Notes under the pieces: model-generated | Seen by the model: only the letters and a program-made list of their open reading frames with translations | Told to the model about the DNA's origin: nothing | Database searches by the model: none | From: a bacterium | Lineage (GTDB): Bacteria; Krumholzibacteriota; Krumholzibacteriia; LZORAL124-64-63 | Reading direction: 5' to 3' | Assembly: GCA_031441465.1 (NCBI GenBank) | Contig: JANOEP010000010.1 | Span: forward strand, 128,001 to 192,000 | DNA: 64,000 nt | Position numbers and translations under genes: made by a program | In this document: positions 1 through 11,397 of the stretch, in pieces | Layout: every line of letters begins with the position of its first letter | Position numbering within the stretch: the stretch's first letter is position 1

Positions 1-174
1 GGCCGAGCCGGCGTCGGCGGGCAGCAGCGTGGCCAGCACCGAGATCGTCGTGGTCTTGCCGGCGCCGTTGGGCCCCAGCAGGCCGAAAATCTCGCCTTGG
101 CCGACCGCGAAGCTCAGGTCGTCGACGGCGCGCAGATCGCCGAACGATTTCACCAGGTTGCTGACTCGGATCAT
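1..174 (-). CDS. ABC transporter ATP-binding protein (5' part; runs off the window)
   Basis: Hand translation from ATG at 174 gives [45 protein letters not shown], with Walker [13 protein letters not shown] overlap with the upstream gene's stop. Confidence 0.9.
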   Translation of the reverse strand, partial: MIRVSNLVKSFGDLRAVDDLSFAVGQGEIFGLLGPNGAGKTTTISVLATLLPADAGSA

Positions 175-1082
175 GAGTCGTCCTTTCGGGGCGGGCGCGT
201 CTTCCAGCGCCGATGCACCCAGAACCAGTGGTCGGGGTAGCGGCGGACGAATTCCGCCAGGCGGTCGGTGTGCGCCTGGGTCAGGGCGAGCACGGCCTGC
301 GGCTCGTCCAGCGCGGGATCGGGTTCGATGGCGGCGGTGACGTGCGCCACGTGACGCCCGTCCGGCTGCCGCACCAGGAACACCGGGACGATGGGGCAGT
401 CGAGTTTCCAGGCGAAGTACGCCAGACCGGGGGGTGTTGATGCGAGCGAACCGAGAAATTCCACGAACACGCCCTCCAGTCCGGCGTTGACGTCCGGCAG
501 CATCGCCGCCGTGCCGCCGCTGCGCAGGAGCTTGACCAGCTGGCGCACCGAGCCGTCGGCGCGGATCGCCTGGACGCCGGAACGGGCGCGGATCGCATTC
601 TGGAGGCGGTCCACGTGGGGGTTGCTCTGCTGCCGCACCACGACGTGCAACGGGTGGCCGTAGGCCGTCAGCGCCGCGCCGAGCAGTTCGAAGTTGCCGA
701 AATGCCCCGTGGTGAAGATGAAGCCGCGGCCGGCGGCGCGCAGCGGCGCCAGGACGCCGGGGTCGTCCAGGTCCACCAGTTCTCGGATCCGCTCCGGGGT
801 GAGGTCGTCCATCGCCATGAACTCGAACAGGGAGGTCGCGATCTGCTGGTAGGCGCGCACGGCCACGTCGCGGCGCTCGGCTTCGTCCCAGTCGGGGAAG
901 GCCTGGCGCAGCTGCGTCAAGGCCACCGCGCGCCGGTAGCCCCAGAAACGGAACGCCGCCGCGCCCAGACGGCGTCCCGCGGCGGACCTCCCGCCGGACG
1001 ACAGCCGCCGCACGACCGCCCGCACGGCGCCCAGCACGGCGAATTCCAGCAGCCAACTCACGCGCTTCAGCGGCGAGGCCAC
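171..1082 (-). CDS. lpxL: Lipid A biosynthesis late acyltransferase (LpxL/HtrB family)
   Basis: GHFGNFE (HxxxxE/D) motif, LPD, C-terminal [18 protein letters not shown] upstream of the GTG. Confidence 0.85.
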   Translation of the reverse strand: MASPLKRVSWLLEFAVLGAVRAVVRRLSSGGRSAAGRRLGAAAFRFWGYRRAVALTQLRQAFPDWDEAERRDVAVRAYQQIATSLFEFMAMDDLTPERIRELVDLDDPGVLAPLRAAGRGFIFTTGHFGNFELLGAALTAYGHPLHVVVRQQSNPHVDRLQNAIRARSGVQAIRADGSVRQLVKLLRSGGTAAMLPDVNAGLEGVFVEFLGSLASTPPGLAYFAWKLDCPIVPVFLVRQPDGRHVAHVTAAIEPDPALDEPQAVLALTQAHTDRLAEFVRRYPDHWFWVHRRWKTRPPRKDDS

Positions 1083-1124
1083 GGTTCCTCCCGTTGCGGG
1101 ACAGGGAGGGCGCCGAGCCCGCCC

Positions 1125-2057
1125 TCAAGGAATCCAGATCCTACGCGCCACCCGTCCTCCGGGCAACCTCACGATCAGCCCGGCCATCTCCAGCGCCAGC
1201 AGACCCTCCAGCCAGACCACCTCCTTGCCCGCCCAGCTGCGGCGCAGTTCCGACAAGCGCAACCCGGTCAGGTCGAGCCGGTCCCAGATCCAGCGGGCCG
1301 ACGAACCGGCCAGCGGCAGCGGCGTCCCGTTCCCGCAACCGGCCGGGTCCTGCGCTCCCAGCTCGAGAGGCCGCGGCCGGCCCAGCACGTCGAACACGTC
1401 GCGCGCTCCCTCGGCGAGGTGGGCGCCCTGCCGCAGCAGGTGGTGGCAACCGCGGCAGCCGTCGTCGTCCACCGGGCCGGGGACGGCGAACACTTCCCGT
1501 CCCTGGTTCAGCCCGTGGAAGGCGGTCTGCAGGGCGCCGCTGCGCAAGGGAGCCTCGACCACGACGACGCCCAGCGCCAGCCCCGAGATCAGGCGGTTGC
1601 GCCGGGGAAAGACGAAGGGCAACGGGGCGACGCCGTCCTCGGCCTCGGTGACGGCGCAGCCGTCCGCCTCGATGCGACGCCGCAGGTCCACGTGGCGCGC
1701 CGGGTAGGTGCGGTCCGCGCCGGTGGCCATGACCGCCACGGTGCGCCCGCCGCCCGCGAGCGCGCCCTCGTGCGCCGCGGCGTCGATGCCCAGCGCCATC
1801 CCGCTCACGATGGTCCAGCCGGCGGCGGCCAGGTCCCGGGCCAGCCGCTGCGCCACCGCCCTGCCGCGTGGCGAGGGGCGGCGCGTCCCGACCACGGCGA
1901 TCGCCGGGGTCGCCAGCACGGACGGGTCGCCGGTGCCGCGCACGCGCACCGGCGGCACGTCGATGTTTCGCCAGAGCTCGGGCCAGCGGGGATCGTGGGG
2001 CGTCAGCGTCCAGACGGCGTCGGATTCGGCGCACGAGGGCGCCCGTTCCACGCGCAT
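1125..2057 (-). CDS. dprA: DNA-processing protein DprA (Smf)
   Basis: [44 protein letters not shown] and GREVFAVPG motifs. Confidence 0.95.
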   Translation of the reverse strand: MRVERAPSCAESDAVWTLTPHDPRWPELWRNIDVPPVRVRGTGDPSVLATPAIAVVGTRRPSPRGRAVAQRLARDLAAAGWTIVSGMALGIDAAAHEGALAGGGRTVAVMATGADRTYPARHVDLRRRIEADGCAVTEAEDGVAPLPFVFPRRNRLISGLALGVVVVEAPLRSGALQTAFHGLNQGREVFAVPGPVDDDGCRGCHHLLRQGAHLAEGARDVFDVLGRPRPLELGAQDPAGCGNGTPLPLAGSSARWIWDRLDLTGLRLSELRRSWAGKEVVWLEGLLALEMAGLIVRLPGGRVARRIWIP

Positions 2058-2100
2058 GGCACGTCCTTCCCGGGAGGGAACCGAGGGAGGCGGAGCTGCG

Positions 2101-3120
2101 TCAGTCGGTCGCGGCCAGAGCGGCGCGGTAGAGGTCGCGCAGGACGTGCCGCAGGGCTTCGATCCCCTGGCCGGTCACCGCCGAGATGCAGTGCGGCCCG
2201 CCGGCGCCGTTGTCGGCGGTCCACTCGCCGACCTCGTCGCGCAGTTCCTCGATGGCTTCGGGATCGATCAGGTCGAGCTTGTTCAGCACCACGGTCGCGG
2301 GCAGTTCGCTCAGGCGCTGCCCGTAGGCCAGCAGCTCCTGGCGCAGGACCGCCAGGGTCGCCACGGGCGCGGGGTCGCTGACGTCGATCAGGTAGACCAG
2401 CGCCCGCGTGCGCTCGACGTGGCGCAGGAACTCATGGCCGAGCCCCTTGCCCTCGCTGGCGCCCTCGATCAGACCGGGGATGTCGGCCAGGGTGCAGCTC
2501 ACGAAATCGCCCAGGTCGATGATGCCGAGGTTGGGCACCAGGGTGGTGAACGGGTAATCGGCGATCTTGGGGCGGGCCGCCGTGAGCCGGCTCAGCAGCG
2601 TGGACTTGCCGGCGTTGGGCAGGCCGATCAGGCCGATGTCGGCCAGCAGCTTCAGTTCGAGACGCAGGTGGCGGGTCTCCCCCGGCCGGCCGGGCGAGGA
2701 GACGAACGGCGTCTGGCGGTGGGGCGAGCGGAACTCGTAGTTGCCGCGGCCGCCCTTGCCGCCGGCGGCGACGCAGAAGCGCTGGCCCGGCGTCGTCAGG
2801 TCGCAGATCACGTCGTTGGACTCCGCGTCGTAGACGAGCGTCCCGCAGGGCACGGGCACGTCCTGGCTCACGCCGTCGCTGCCGGTCTTGTTCCAACCGC
2901 CGCCCTTCTGGCCGGACGTGGCTTTGTAGCTGCGGCGGTAGCGGAAGTCCTGGAGGGTGGAACTCAACGACGAGGCGACCAGCCAGATCGAACCGCCGCG
3001 CCCCCCGTTGCCGCCGTTGGGGCCGCCGCGCGGCACGCCCGCCTCGCGGCGGAAGGCCACGGCCCCGTCGCCTCCCTGGCCCGCAATCGCGGTGATCTCC
3101 GCGACGTCGATGAAATGCAC
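2101..3120 (-). CDS. obgE: GTPase Obg/CgtA
   Basis: Gly-rich Obg N-terminal domain, GLPNAGKS, DYPFTTLVPNLG, DIPG, NKLD. Start reset to GTG 3120 (MHFIDVAEI) with GGAGG upstream. Confidence 0.96.
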   Translation of the reverse strand: MHFIDVAEITAIAGQGGDGAVAFRREAGVPRGGPNGGNGGRGGSIWLVASSLSSTLQDFRYRRSYKATSGQKGGGWNKTGSDGVSQDVPVPCGTLVYDAESNDVICDLTTPGQRFCVAAGGKGGRGNYEFRSPHRQTPFVSSPGRPGETRHLRLELKLLADIGLIGLPNAGKSTLLSRLTAARPKIADYPFTTLVPNLGIIDLGDFVSCTLADIPGLIEGASEGKGLGHEFLRHVERTRALVYLIDVSDPAPVATLAVLRQELLAYGQRLSELPATVVLNKLDLIDPEAIEELRDEVGEWTADNGAGGPHCISAVTGQGIEALRHVLRDLYRAALAATD

Positions 3121-3121
3121 G

Positions 3122-4309
3122 TCAGCCTCCGAAGGTGGCCGCTGCGCGGCGGAAGCGCGCCGCGGCTTCGCGGAGCGTCGGCTCCCCTGCGGCATAGCTC
3201 AGGCGCAGGTGGTTGGGGACGCCGAAGGGTTCGCCGGGCACGACGGCCAGCATCTCGGTCTTCAACAAGTGCTCGGCCAGACGCCAGCAGCCGCCGACCG
3301 GTCGCTCGGGATCGACCAGGCCACTCACGTCCGCCAGCAAGTAGAAGGCCCCGTCGGGCACAAGGAAGCGCAAGCCGGGGACCGTCGCCATCTCGGCGAC
3401 CAGCACGTCGCGGCGGGCGCGGAAGGCGCGGGCCATCGCCTCGACCTCGTCGCGGCAGTCGAAGGCCACCAGGGAAGCCTTTTGCGCGATCGTGTTGACG
3501 TTGCTGGTGGAGTGGCTCTGCAGGCGCGTCATCGCGCCGATGGCCTTCTCGTCCGCGATGCCGAAACCGATGCGCCAACCCGTCATCGCGTAACTCTTGG
3601 ACAGTCCGGTCACGGTCACGATGCGGTGCCGCAGGTCCGGGGCCACGGTCATCAACGGGACGTGGCCCTCGTCGGTGTAGACCAGGTCCTCGTAGATCTC
3701 GTCGGTGAGGATGAAGAAACTGGTCTTGCGGCAGTACTCGGCCAGGGCCTCCAACTCGGAACGCGTGTAGACGGCGCCGGAAGGGTTCGAGGGCGTGTTG
3801 AGGATCAGGGCCTTGGCGCGGCCGGCGCCGGCCCGGTCGAGGTCCTCCGGCGTGATCTTCCAGCCCGAACGCGAGGGCACGACCGGGATCATGCGGGCCC
3901 GCAGGGCCGCGATCTGCGCGGGGTAGGTCACCCAGTAGGGCACCGGCACGGCGACCTCGTCGCCCTGGTTGAGCAGGATCGACAGCGCGTTGTACAGGAT
4001 CTGCTTGGCGCCGTTGGAGACGATGACTTCGCCGGGAGTGATGGCGACGCCGAGTCGGGCGGCATAGAAGTCGGCGACCTTGCGGCGCAGGGCCGGCAAT
4101 CCGGCGCTCGCGGTGTAGCCGTTGCCGCCCTCGTCCAGGGCGCGGTGCGCGGCCTCGCGGATCCGCAGGGGCGTGTCGAAATCCGGTTCACCGACCGTCA
4201 GGTTGATCACCGGTTCGCCGCGGGCGAGCAGTTGCTTGGCCTGCCCATCCAGCTTCAGGGTCGGGGAATCATCGATCACATCCGCCAGCCAACCGAGCCG
4301 CATTTCCAT
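3122..4309 (-). CDS. PLP-dependent class I/II aminotransferase (aspartate aminotransferase-like)
   Basis: GEPDF, NTPSNPSG, DEIY and SKSYAMTGWRIG (PLP lysine) motifs. Confidence 0.92.
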   Translation of the reverse strand: MEMRLGWLADVIDDSPTLKLDGQAKQLLARGEPVINLTVGEPDFDTPLRIREAAHRALDEGGNGYTASAGLPALRRKVADFYAARLGVAITPGEVIVSNGAKQILYNALSILLNQGDEVAVPVPYWVTYPAQIAALRARMIPVVPSRSGWKITPEDLDRAGAGRAKALILNTPSNPSGAVYTRSELEALAEYCRKTSFFILTDEIYEDLVYTDEGHVPLMTVAPDLRHRIVTVTGLSKSYAMTGWRIGFGIADEKAIGAMTRLQSHSTSNVNTIAQKASLVAFDCRDEVEAMARAFRARRDVLVAEMATVPGLRFLVPDGAFYLLADVSGLVDPERPVGGCWRLAEHLLKTEMLAVVPGEPFGVPNHLRLSYAAGEPTLREAAARFRRAAATFGG

Positions 4310-4436
4310 GATATCCCCCCAGCGTCAGGACCGTCGCCGCGCTCCATGGCGCGATTTCCCCATTAATGTGGCTCCCCGCGGGGTCGGGGCAAGGACGAAC
4401 CGTCGCCGGCCGCTGGCGCCTCCGCCGGCGGGCCGG

Positions 4437-4931
4437 TCAGGCGCGGGCGAAGCGCCGCCGCAGGGCCTCGGCGACGCCCGGGGTGACGAAGGCGTCCAGG
4501 GCGCCGCCGCAGCGGGCGATGTCGCGCACCAGCGTGCTCGACACCATCGCCAGTTCGGGCCGCGGGAACAGGACCACGACTTCGAAACCCGGACTCAGGA
4601 CGCGGTTGAGGGCCGCCATGGCCTGCTCATGATCGAGGTCCGCCTGGGAACGCACGCCCCGCAGCACGGCGGTCGCGCCGAGTTCGCGGGCGGTGTCGAC
4701 GAGCAGGCCGTCGAACCCGATCACACGGCAGCGATCGGCGCCGGCCAGGCCGACCAGCGCGCCGCGCACCAGTTCGACGCGCTCCTCCCGCTCCAGGAGC
4801 GTCGCCTTGCCGCCGGCCGCCACCGCCACGGTCACCCGGTCGCAGAGGGCGAGCCCCCGCTCGAGGAGGTCGAGGTGACCGCGCGTGAACGGGTCGAAGG
4901 TGCCGGGGTACAGGAAGTGGCGCTCGTTCAT
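4437..4931 (-). CDS. coaD: Phosphopantetheine adenylyltransferase
   Basis: YPGTFDPFTRGH, LRGVR, VSSTLVR. ATG 4931 overlaps the rsmD stop (ATGA). Confidence 0.95.
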   Translation of the reverse strand: MNERHFLYPGTFDPFTRGHLDLLERGLALCDRVTVAVAAGGKATLLEREERVELVRGALVGLAGADRCRVIGFDGLLVDTARELGATAVLRGVRSQADLDHEQAMAALNRVLSPGFEVVVLFPRPELAMVSSTLVRDIARCGGALDAFVTPGVAEALRRRFARA

Positions 4932-5482
4932 GACGATGGCTCCAGCAGGCTGAGGGTGGCGGCGCCGTAACGCCGGTCGTCGCGCCGCCAACCCTCCGGG
5001 GCGGCGCGCAGCGCGCAACCAGCGCCGTGCTCGAGCACGGCCACGGCCAGGCGCCCCTGCGCGGACAGCGCGAGGAAGAGTTCCCAGAGCGCCGCGCCCG
5101 TCCGGTCGGCGTAGGGCGGGTCCGCCAGCAGGATGGTCCCGCCGGCCAAGGTCGGGGCCGCCGCCTCCAGCCAGGCGACGGCGTCGCGGCGGTGCAGGCG
5201 CGCCGTCGCGGGTGCGGCGCGACAGGCCGCCAGGTTGCTCCGCACCGCGGCCAGCGCCCGCGGCGAGTGGTCGACGAAGTCGCAGGACGCGGCGCCCCGG
5301 CTCAGCGCCTCGAGACCCAACCCGCCCGCGCCGCAGCAGAGGTCGGCCACCGGCGCGCCGTGGATGCGGCGGCCCAGGATGGAGAACAGCGCCTCCTTGA
5401 CCCGGTCCGTCGTCGGCCGCGTGGCCAGCCCCTCCGGCGCGACGAGGCGCCGCCCGCGCCACTGTCCGGCGACGACCCTCAT
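4928..5482 (-). CDS. rsmD: 16S rRNA (guanine966-N2)-methyltransferase RsmD
   Basis: MRVVAGQWRGRRL, TRPTTDRVKEALF, GLEALSRGA, DPPY; rsmD-coaD adjacency. Confidence 0.93.
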   Translation of the reverse strand: MRVVAGQWRGRRLVAPEGLATRPTTDRVKEALFSILGRRIHGAPVADLCCGAGGLGLEALSRGAASCDFVDHSPRALAAVRSNLAACRAAPATARLHRRDAVAWLEAAAPTLAGGTILLADPPYADRTGAALWELFLALSAQGRLAVAVLEHGAGCALRAAPEGWRRDDRRYGAATLSLLEPSS

Positions 5483-6021
5483 GCGCCCACCGTCGCGCGC
5501 TGGCGTTGCCAGGTGACGTGGCGCGTCAGGGCGCGGCGGGCCGTGACCTCCGGCGCCGACTGGTCCGTGCGCACCCGAAAGTCGGCGGCGCGGGCGTAGA
5601 GAGGCCGACGCACGCCATCGAGCGCCCTGGCCGCGGCCCAGTCCCCCGCGGCCAGCAGGGGGCGGTCGTCGCCGGCGTCCGCCGCGGCGGCCAGGCGGGC
5701 CTGCAGCGTCTCCCAGGGCGCGTCCAACCAGATCACGCTGCCCCGGTCGCGCAGCAGCGCCACCGCCGCGGGCGTCGTGACGAGCCCGCCGCCGCAGGCG
5801 ATCACCAGATCGGCCTCCGGCGGCAGGGCGTCCAGCGCCGCGAATTCGGCGGCGCGGAAGCCCGCCTCCCCCCGCGCCCGGAACAGCTCGCCGATGGTGG
5901 CGCCCTCGCGCCGCACCACCTCGCGGTCGAGATCGATCACCGGCAGCAGCGCCCGCTCGCCGAGCAGTCGCGCCGCCGTGCTCTTGCCGCTGCCCATGAA
6001 GCCGATCAGGGAGATCCACAC
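5479..6021 (-). CDS. aroK: Shikimate kinase
   Basis: LIGFMGSGKST, DLD, GE..FR..E, GGG, RPLL, R.PLY. GTG start at 6021 with GGAGG 6 nt upstream. Confidence 0.93.
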   Translation of the reverse strand: MWISLIGFMGSGKSTAARLLGERALLPVIDLDREVVRREGATIGELFRARGEAGFRAAEFAALDALPPEADLVIACGGGLVTTPAAVALLRDRGSVIWLDAPWETLQARLAAAADAGDDRPLLAAGDWAAARALDGVRRPLYARAADFRVRTDQSAPEVTARRALTRHVTWQRQRATVGA

Positions 6022-6055
6022 GTGCCGCCTCCAACCCGCTGGGATGCCGGCGGCG

Positions 6056-6084
6056 AGCATAGACAAAACACGGGCGTCGGGCAA
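6056..6084 (-). promoter_or_regulatory. Putative sigma70-type promoter for aroK-rsmD-coaD
   Basis: Minus strand reads TTGCCC-N17-TATGCT. Confidence 0.45.
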
Positions 6085-6102
6085 GCCTTGCCCGACGCCC
6101 GT
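6062..6102 (-). terminator. Intrinsic terminator after the sigma54 response regulator
   Basis: Perfect inverted repeat 6070-6085/6087-6102, followed on the minus strand by GTTTTGTCT. Confidence 0.7.
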
Positions 6103-6142
6103 TCGGCTCGACGGCCCGGAATCGCTCCGGCGAACCGGCCGC

Positions 6143-7642
<1,500 letters not shown>

Positions 7643-7788
7643 GCATCGCTCCTTGGGTCGTGCCGCGCGGGCGGCCGTGCGTCTCCCGTCCGTCCCACTG
7701 GATATCGGTCAGATTGCAAGACACTTGAGCACGAAGGTGCAGGATTCCGCACCAGCCGGCATCCGGCCGGGGCAGAATGCAACGGCGG

Positions 7789-8985
7789 CTACACGGTGAG
7801 GAGTTCGGCGACGGGAGTCCCGGCCGTGTCCAGGACCAGCGGCAAGTCGATGCGGAACTCGGCGCCGCCGTCCGGCCCGGCCCCGACCTGGATGACGCCC
7901 CCGTGCGCCTGGACGATGCGCTGGACGACGGGCAGCCCGAGGCCGGTGCCGCCCGTCTTGGTGGTGACGAAGGGCCGGAACAGCGTGTCCCGCACCTCCG
8001 GTGCGATGCCCGGCCCGGTGTCCGCGACGACGAGCCGGCAGACGGTGTTGTCGTCGTCCAGCGTCGCGCTCAGGGTCAGGGTGCCGCGGCCGCCCATCGC
8101 CTCGCACGCGTTGAGCGAGAGGTTCAGCAGCACCTGCTGCATCTGCTCGGGGTCCATGAGCACCAGCAGGTCGTCAGGTTGGATCTCGGCCACGATGCGC
8201 AGGCCCTCGCGCCCCTGCTGGTGCATGCGGACCTGGAAGGCGAATTCCTCGAGGAAGGGCTTCAGTTCCGACAGCTGGCGCACCGTCGGGCGCAGCCGCG
8301 CGTAGGCGAGGAAATCGCTGACGATGCGGTTGACCCGCTCGCTCTCCTTCAGGATCAGCGCCAGCAGACGCTGTTCCTGCCCGCCGACCTTCAGTTCCGC
8401 GGCCAGCAGTTCCGCGCTGCCGCGGATGCTGCCCAGGGGGTTGCGGATCTCGTGGGCGATGCTGGCGGACAGCTCGCCGATCGCGGCCAGCCGGTCGTTC
8501 TCGCGCATGCGTTCGCGCAGGGCGTTGACCTCGCTCAGATCCTGGAAGATGGCGACGGCGCCGGCGGGGTTGCCCGCGTCGTCGCGGACGGGGTGGACGC
8601 TGATCCCGGCCGGCAGCCGGCGGCCGTCGGGCAGGGTGAGCAGGATCTCGCGGCGCGCCACCGTCTCGCCGCCGGCCAGCACCTGGACCACGGCGCGCGC
8701 GAACTCCCGGCGCCCCTCGTCGAAGGCGTCGGCCACGGTCTGGCCGGTCAGCGCCTCCTCGCTCACGCCCAGGATGCGCGCCGCGGCGGGGTTGGCCCGC
8801 TGGATGACGCCGTGCCGGTCGGAAATCACCAAGCCGCTGCCGAGGTTGGTCAGGACGTGGCGCAGGTCCGTGCGCAACTCCCGCTCCCGGGTCAGGGCCG
8901 TGCGTGCCTCGGCGCGCGCGCGCGACAGGCGGCGCAGGAGCACCGCGCACACGACCAGCAACGTCCCCGACAGCACCCACGACAT
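7789..8985 (-). CDS. PAS-domain sensor histidine kinase (NtrB/PilS-like)
   Basis: N-terminal TM helix, PAS domain, H-box AHEIRNPL, N-box NLSLNA, DTGPGI, FVTTK, GTGLGL. Confidence 0.93.
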   Translation of the reverse strand: MSWVLSGTLLVVCAVLLRRLSRARAEARTALTRERELRTDLRHVLTNLGSGLVISDRHGVIQRANPAAARILGVSEEALTGQTVADAFDEGRREFARAVVQVLAGGETVARREILLTLPDGRRLPAGISVHPVRDDAGNPAGAVAIFQDLSEVNALRERMRENDRLAAIGELSASIAHEIRNPLGSIRGSAELLAAELKVGGQEQRLLALILKESERVNRIVSDFLAYARLRPTVRQLSELKPFLEEFAFQVRMHQQGREGLRIVAEIQPDDLLVLMDPEQMQQVLLNLSLNACEAMGGRGTLTLSATLDDDNTVCRLVVADTGPGIAPEVRDTLFRPFVTTKTGGTGLGLPVVQRIVQAHGGVIQVGAGPDGGAEFRIDLPLVLDTAGTPVAELLTV

Positions 8986-9032
8986 GAACGGCCTCCCCGC
9001 GGCGCCGCGCCCCGCACGCGGCAGCCACCGGA

Positions 9033-9455
9033 TTATCGGCCGGGCGTGCCGGAACTTGACCCGCCAGGGCGGGCGACGACCGGCGCCGCGTCGTAGAGCA
9101 GCAGCGGGCCGAGCCGCTCCGTCAGCTTCGGCCCGATGCCCTTGACCCGCCGCAGGTCCGCCTGGTTGCGGAACGGCCCGCCGCGCTCCCGTTCGGCCAC
9201 GATGCGACCGGCGAGCACGGCGCCGACGCCCGGCAGGTAGGTCAGGGTGTCGGCGGTCGTGCGGTTGACGTGGAAGGGCGGCGCCGGCGGCTCGGGCGCG
9301 ACCTCCTCGACAGCCAGGGCCGGCAGCAGCCCGTCCAGGAAGCCGGGATCGCGCCAGGCGCCGTCGGCATCCACGAGCAGGGCGTGGCGGACCCAGCGGC
9401 CGGCCAGCACCGCGGCGAACAGCAACAGCAGGCCCAGGGCTTCGCGTCGGGTCAT
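9033..9455 (-). CDS. comEA: ComEA-family helix-hairpin-helix DNA-binding protein
   Basis: N-terminal TM, VNRTT...LPGVG...RIVAERERGGPF...DLRRVKGIGPK. ATG at 9455. Confidence 0.85.
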   Translation of the reverse strand: MTRREALGLLLLFAAVLAGRWVRHALLVDADGAWRDPGFLDGLLPALAVEEVAPEPPAPPFHVNRTTADTLTYLPGVGAVLAGRIVAERERGGPFRNQADLRRVKGIGPKLTERLGPLLLYDAAPVVARPGGSSSGTPGR

Positions 9456-9537
9456 GGGGGCTCCGGCCGGCGCGCGCCGGCGGCGGGGAGGCGGGCCGGG
9501 GCGCGGGAGTCGCCCGGGTGGGATCAGAGGGCGACGG

Positions 9538-11397
9538 TCAGCGCCGCAGGGTCCACTGCAGACGCCAGCGCATCTCGCGCCCCGGGGCAGGCGCCAGCGG
9601 GGTGACGGCCGTGGTGTCGCCGGTGAGATTGCGCAGTTCGAGGCCCAGGTCCGCGCCGACCAGGCGGAACGAGCCCAGCAGGTGGTGCAGGGTGCGGGCG
9701 GGTACGTCGGTCCCGCCGCCGGGGAGCCAGGGATCCGACATCGCGCCGCGGTGCTCCAGGACGTAGCCCAGTTCGAGGATGCCGTCCTCGTGGAAGGCGT
9801 GGCGCTCCCAGAACACATTCAGCACGGCGGACCGCTCCGGCGGCAGGGCCAGCGGCGATCCGGCGCCGACGTCGGTCCCGCGCCAACTCGCCGTCGCCTC
9901 CCAGCGCAGCAGGCCGGCCAGCCGGACGGCCCGCGCGACGGCGACGGTCGCGGCCCAGCCCTCGAGTTCCACTTCGTTGGCCCAGCGACCGCTGCCCGCG
10001 CCCGGAGCGGCGGCGCGCCAACCGATGCCGTCGCGGAGCCGCCGCCACGTCGCGTCGAAGCGGACGGCGTGCCCGGCGAAGCGGCCGTCGGTGGCGAGCG
10101 TCGCCTCGGTGAGGTCCTCCCAACCCAGGCTGCGCGCGGGCAGCATGACGACGGTGCGGCTCCCGGAGAACACGCGCTCGGAGGTGTACAGCTCGTCCAG
10201 GCGCGGTGCCCGGCCGCCGCGGCTCAGCCCGAGCCACAACGGCCAGGCGGTGGGGCGCCAGGTCGCGCCGGCGTGCGGCGACCAGCCAACGTGTTCGTGC
10301 CAGCGGCCGGCACACTCGAGCCGCCAGTCGGGCGGCAGGCCGCCGTCGCGCGGCGACTCCCAGGAGAAGTCGCAGACCCCGTCGCGGCCGCTCTTACCGA
10401 CGCGCGAGGTGTCCGCCCCCGCCCAGGCCGCGGTCCCGGACGCATCGTCGGCCAGTCGCCAGGACGCCACCTGGGCGCCCAACCGCCAGGCGGCGCGGCC
10501 GAGTTCCAGTCGGGCGCCGTCGCGGGCCGTCTCCACCTTGCGGTCGTCGTCCCCGATCTCCCGCACCACGTCCACGCGCGAGGACCACAGGCCGGCGCTC
10601 CATTCGCCACCGCCCCACGGTTGGCGCCAGTGCGCGGTGGTCCGGTCCCCCCACGTCTCCTGACGCTGCGCGCCGTACCGGGGCAGGTCGGTCAGATGAC
10701 GACGGTCGCGGGCGTAGCCCACGACCAGGGTCGACGTGTCGGGGAAGCGGCGGACCAGGGTCGTGCGGGTCAGGCGCGATCTGCTCTCGGCGGCGCCGGT
10801 GCGCGTGCTCCCGTCTTCGGGCAACTCGTCGAGCAGTTCCTCGAAATCGAAACGCCCCTCCCAAGGCGCCTGCTGGGTGCGCAGGGAGAGCCGTCTCAAA
10901 TAAGTGTCGCCGGCCCCCTTGAAGAAGGCGCTGTCCAGCAGGCTGCCGCCGGTATCCGCCGGGCAGGATTCCCAGGCGAGCCGAGGCGAGCCGCCGCCGC
11001 CCGGGTCCTGGGCGAACCCGACCCGCGCGAGGTCCGCGCCGGCCAGCGACCACGTCCAGGGATCGTCGGCCCAGCGATGGCCGAGACCCAGCGGCAATCC
11101 GTCCCGGACGGCCGACGGGACGCCGTCGTCCCCGGGCAGGTGCAACAGCAGCAGGGGCGCGCCCGGCGCGCCGTCGCGCACCGCGACCAGCGGCGAACTG
11201 CGCCCCAGCAGGTCCATGACATCGCCGGCGAAGGGCACCCACGGCGTGCGCGAACCGGGCGGCGACTCGGCCAGCGCCGCCGAGCGGACGCCGGCCGGCG
11301 CGACGGCCTGCGTGAAGGCGCACGAGGCGGCGATGGCGTTCCACGCGAGCGCCGCCGCGCCGTACCGCAGCAGCAGGCTCAAACGGCCGCGCGTCAT
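9538..11397 (-). CDS. Outer-membrane beta-barrel protein, TonB-dependent-receptor/porin-like
   Basis: Signal-peptide-like N-terminus, Trp-rich alternating strands, RAPRLDELY and ELRNLTG...GREMRWRLQW resembling TBDR C-terminal motifs. ATG 11397 overlaps the hutI stop. Confidence 0.6.
   Translation of the reverse strand: MTRGRLSLLLRYGAAALAWNAIAASCAFTQAVAPAGVRSAALAESPPGSRTPWVPFAGDVMDLLGRSSPLVAVRDGAPGAPLLLLHLPGDDGVPSAVRDGLPLGLGHRWADDPWTWSLAGADLARVGFAQDPGGGGSPRLAWESCPADTGGSLLDSAFFKGAGDTYLRRLSLRTQQAPWEGRFDFEELLDELPEDGSTRTGAAESRSRLTRTTLVRRFPDTSTLVVGYARDRRHLTDLPRYGAQRQETWGDRTTAHWRQPWGGGEWSAGLWSSRVDVVREIGDDDRKVETARDGARLELGRAAWRLGAQVASWRLADDASGTAAWAGADTSRVGKSGRDGVCDFSWESPRDGGLPPDWRLECAGRWHEHVGWSPHAGATWRPTAWPLWLGLSRGGRAPRLDELYTSERVFSGSRTVVMLPARSLGWEDLTEATLATDGRFAGHAVRFDATWRRLRDGIGWRAAAPGAGSGRWANEVELEGWAATVAVARAVRLAGLLRWEATASWRGTDVGAGSPLALPPERSAVLNVFWERHAFHEDGILELGYVLEHRGAMSDPWLPGGGTDVPARTLHHLLGSFRLVGADLGLELRNLTGDTTAVTPLAPAPGREMRWRLQWTLRR

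Noticed and set aside
2101..3120. Short Obg lacking an extended C-terminal domain
   Set aside because: Obg proteins of about 330-340 aa are common in many phyla.
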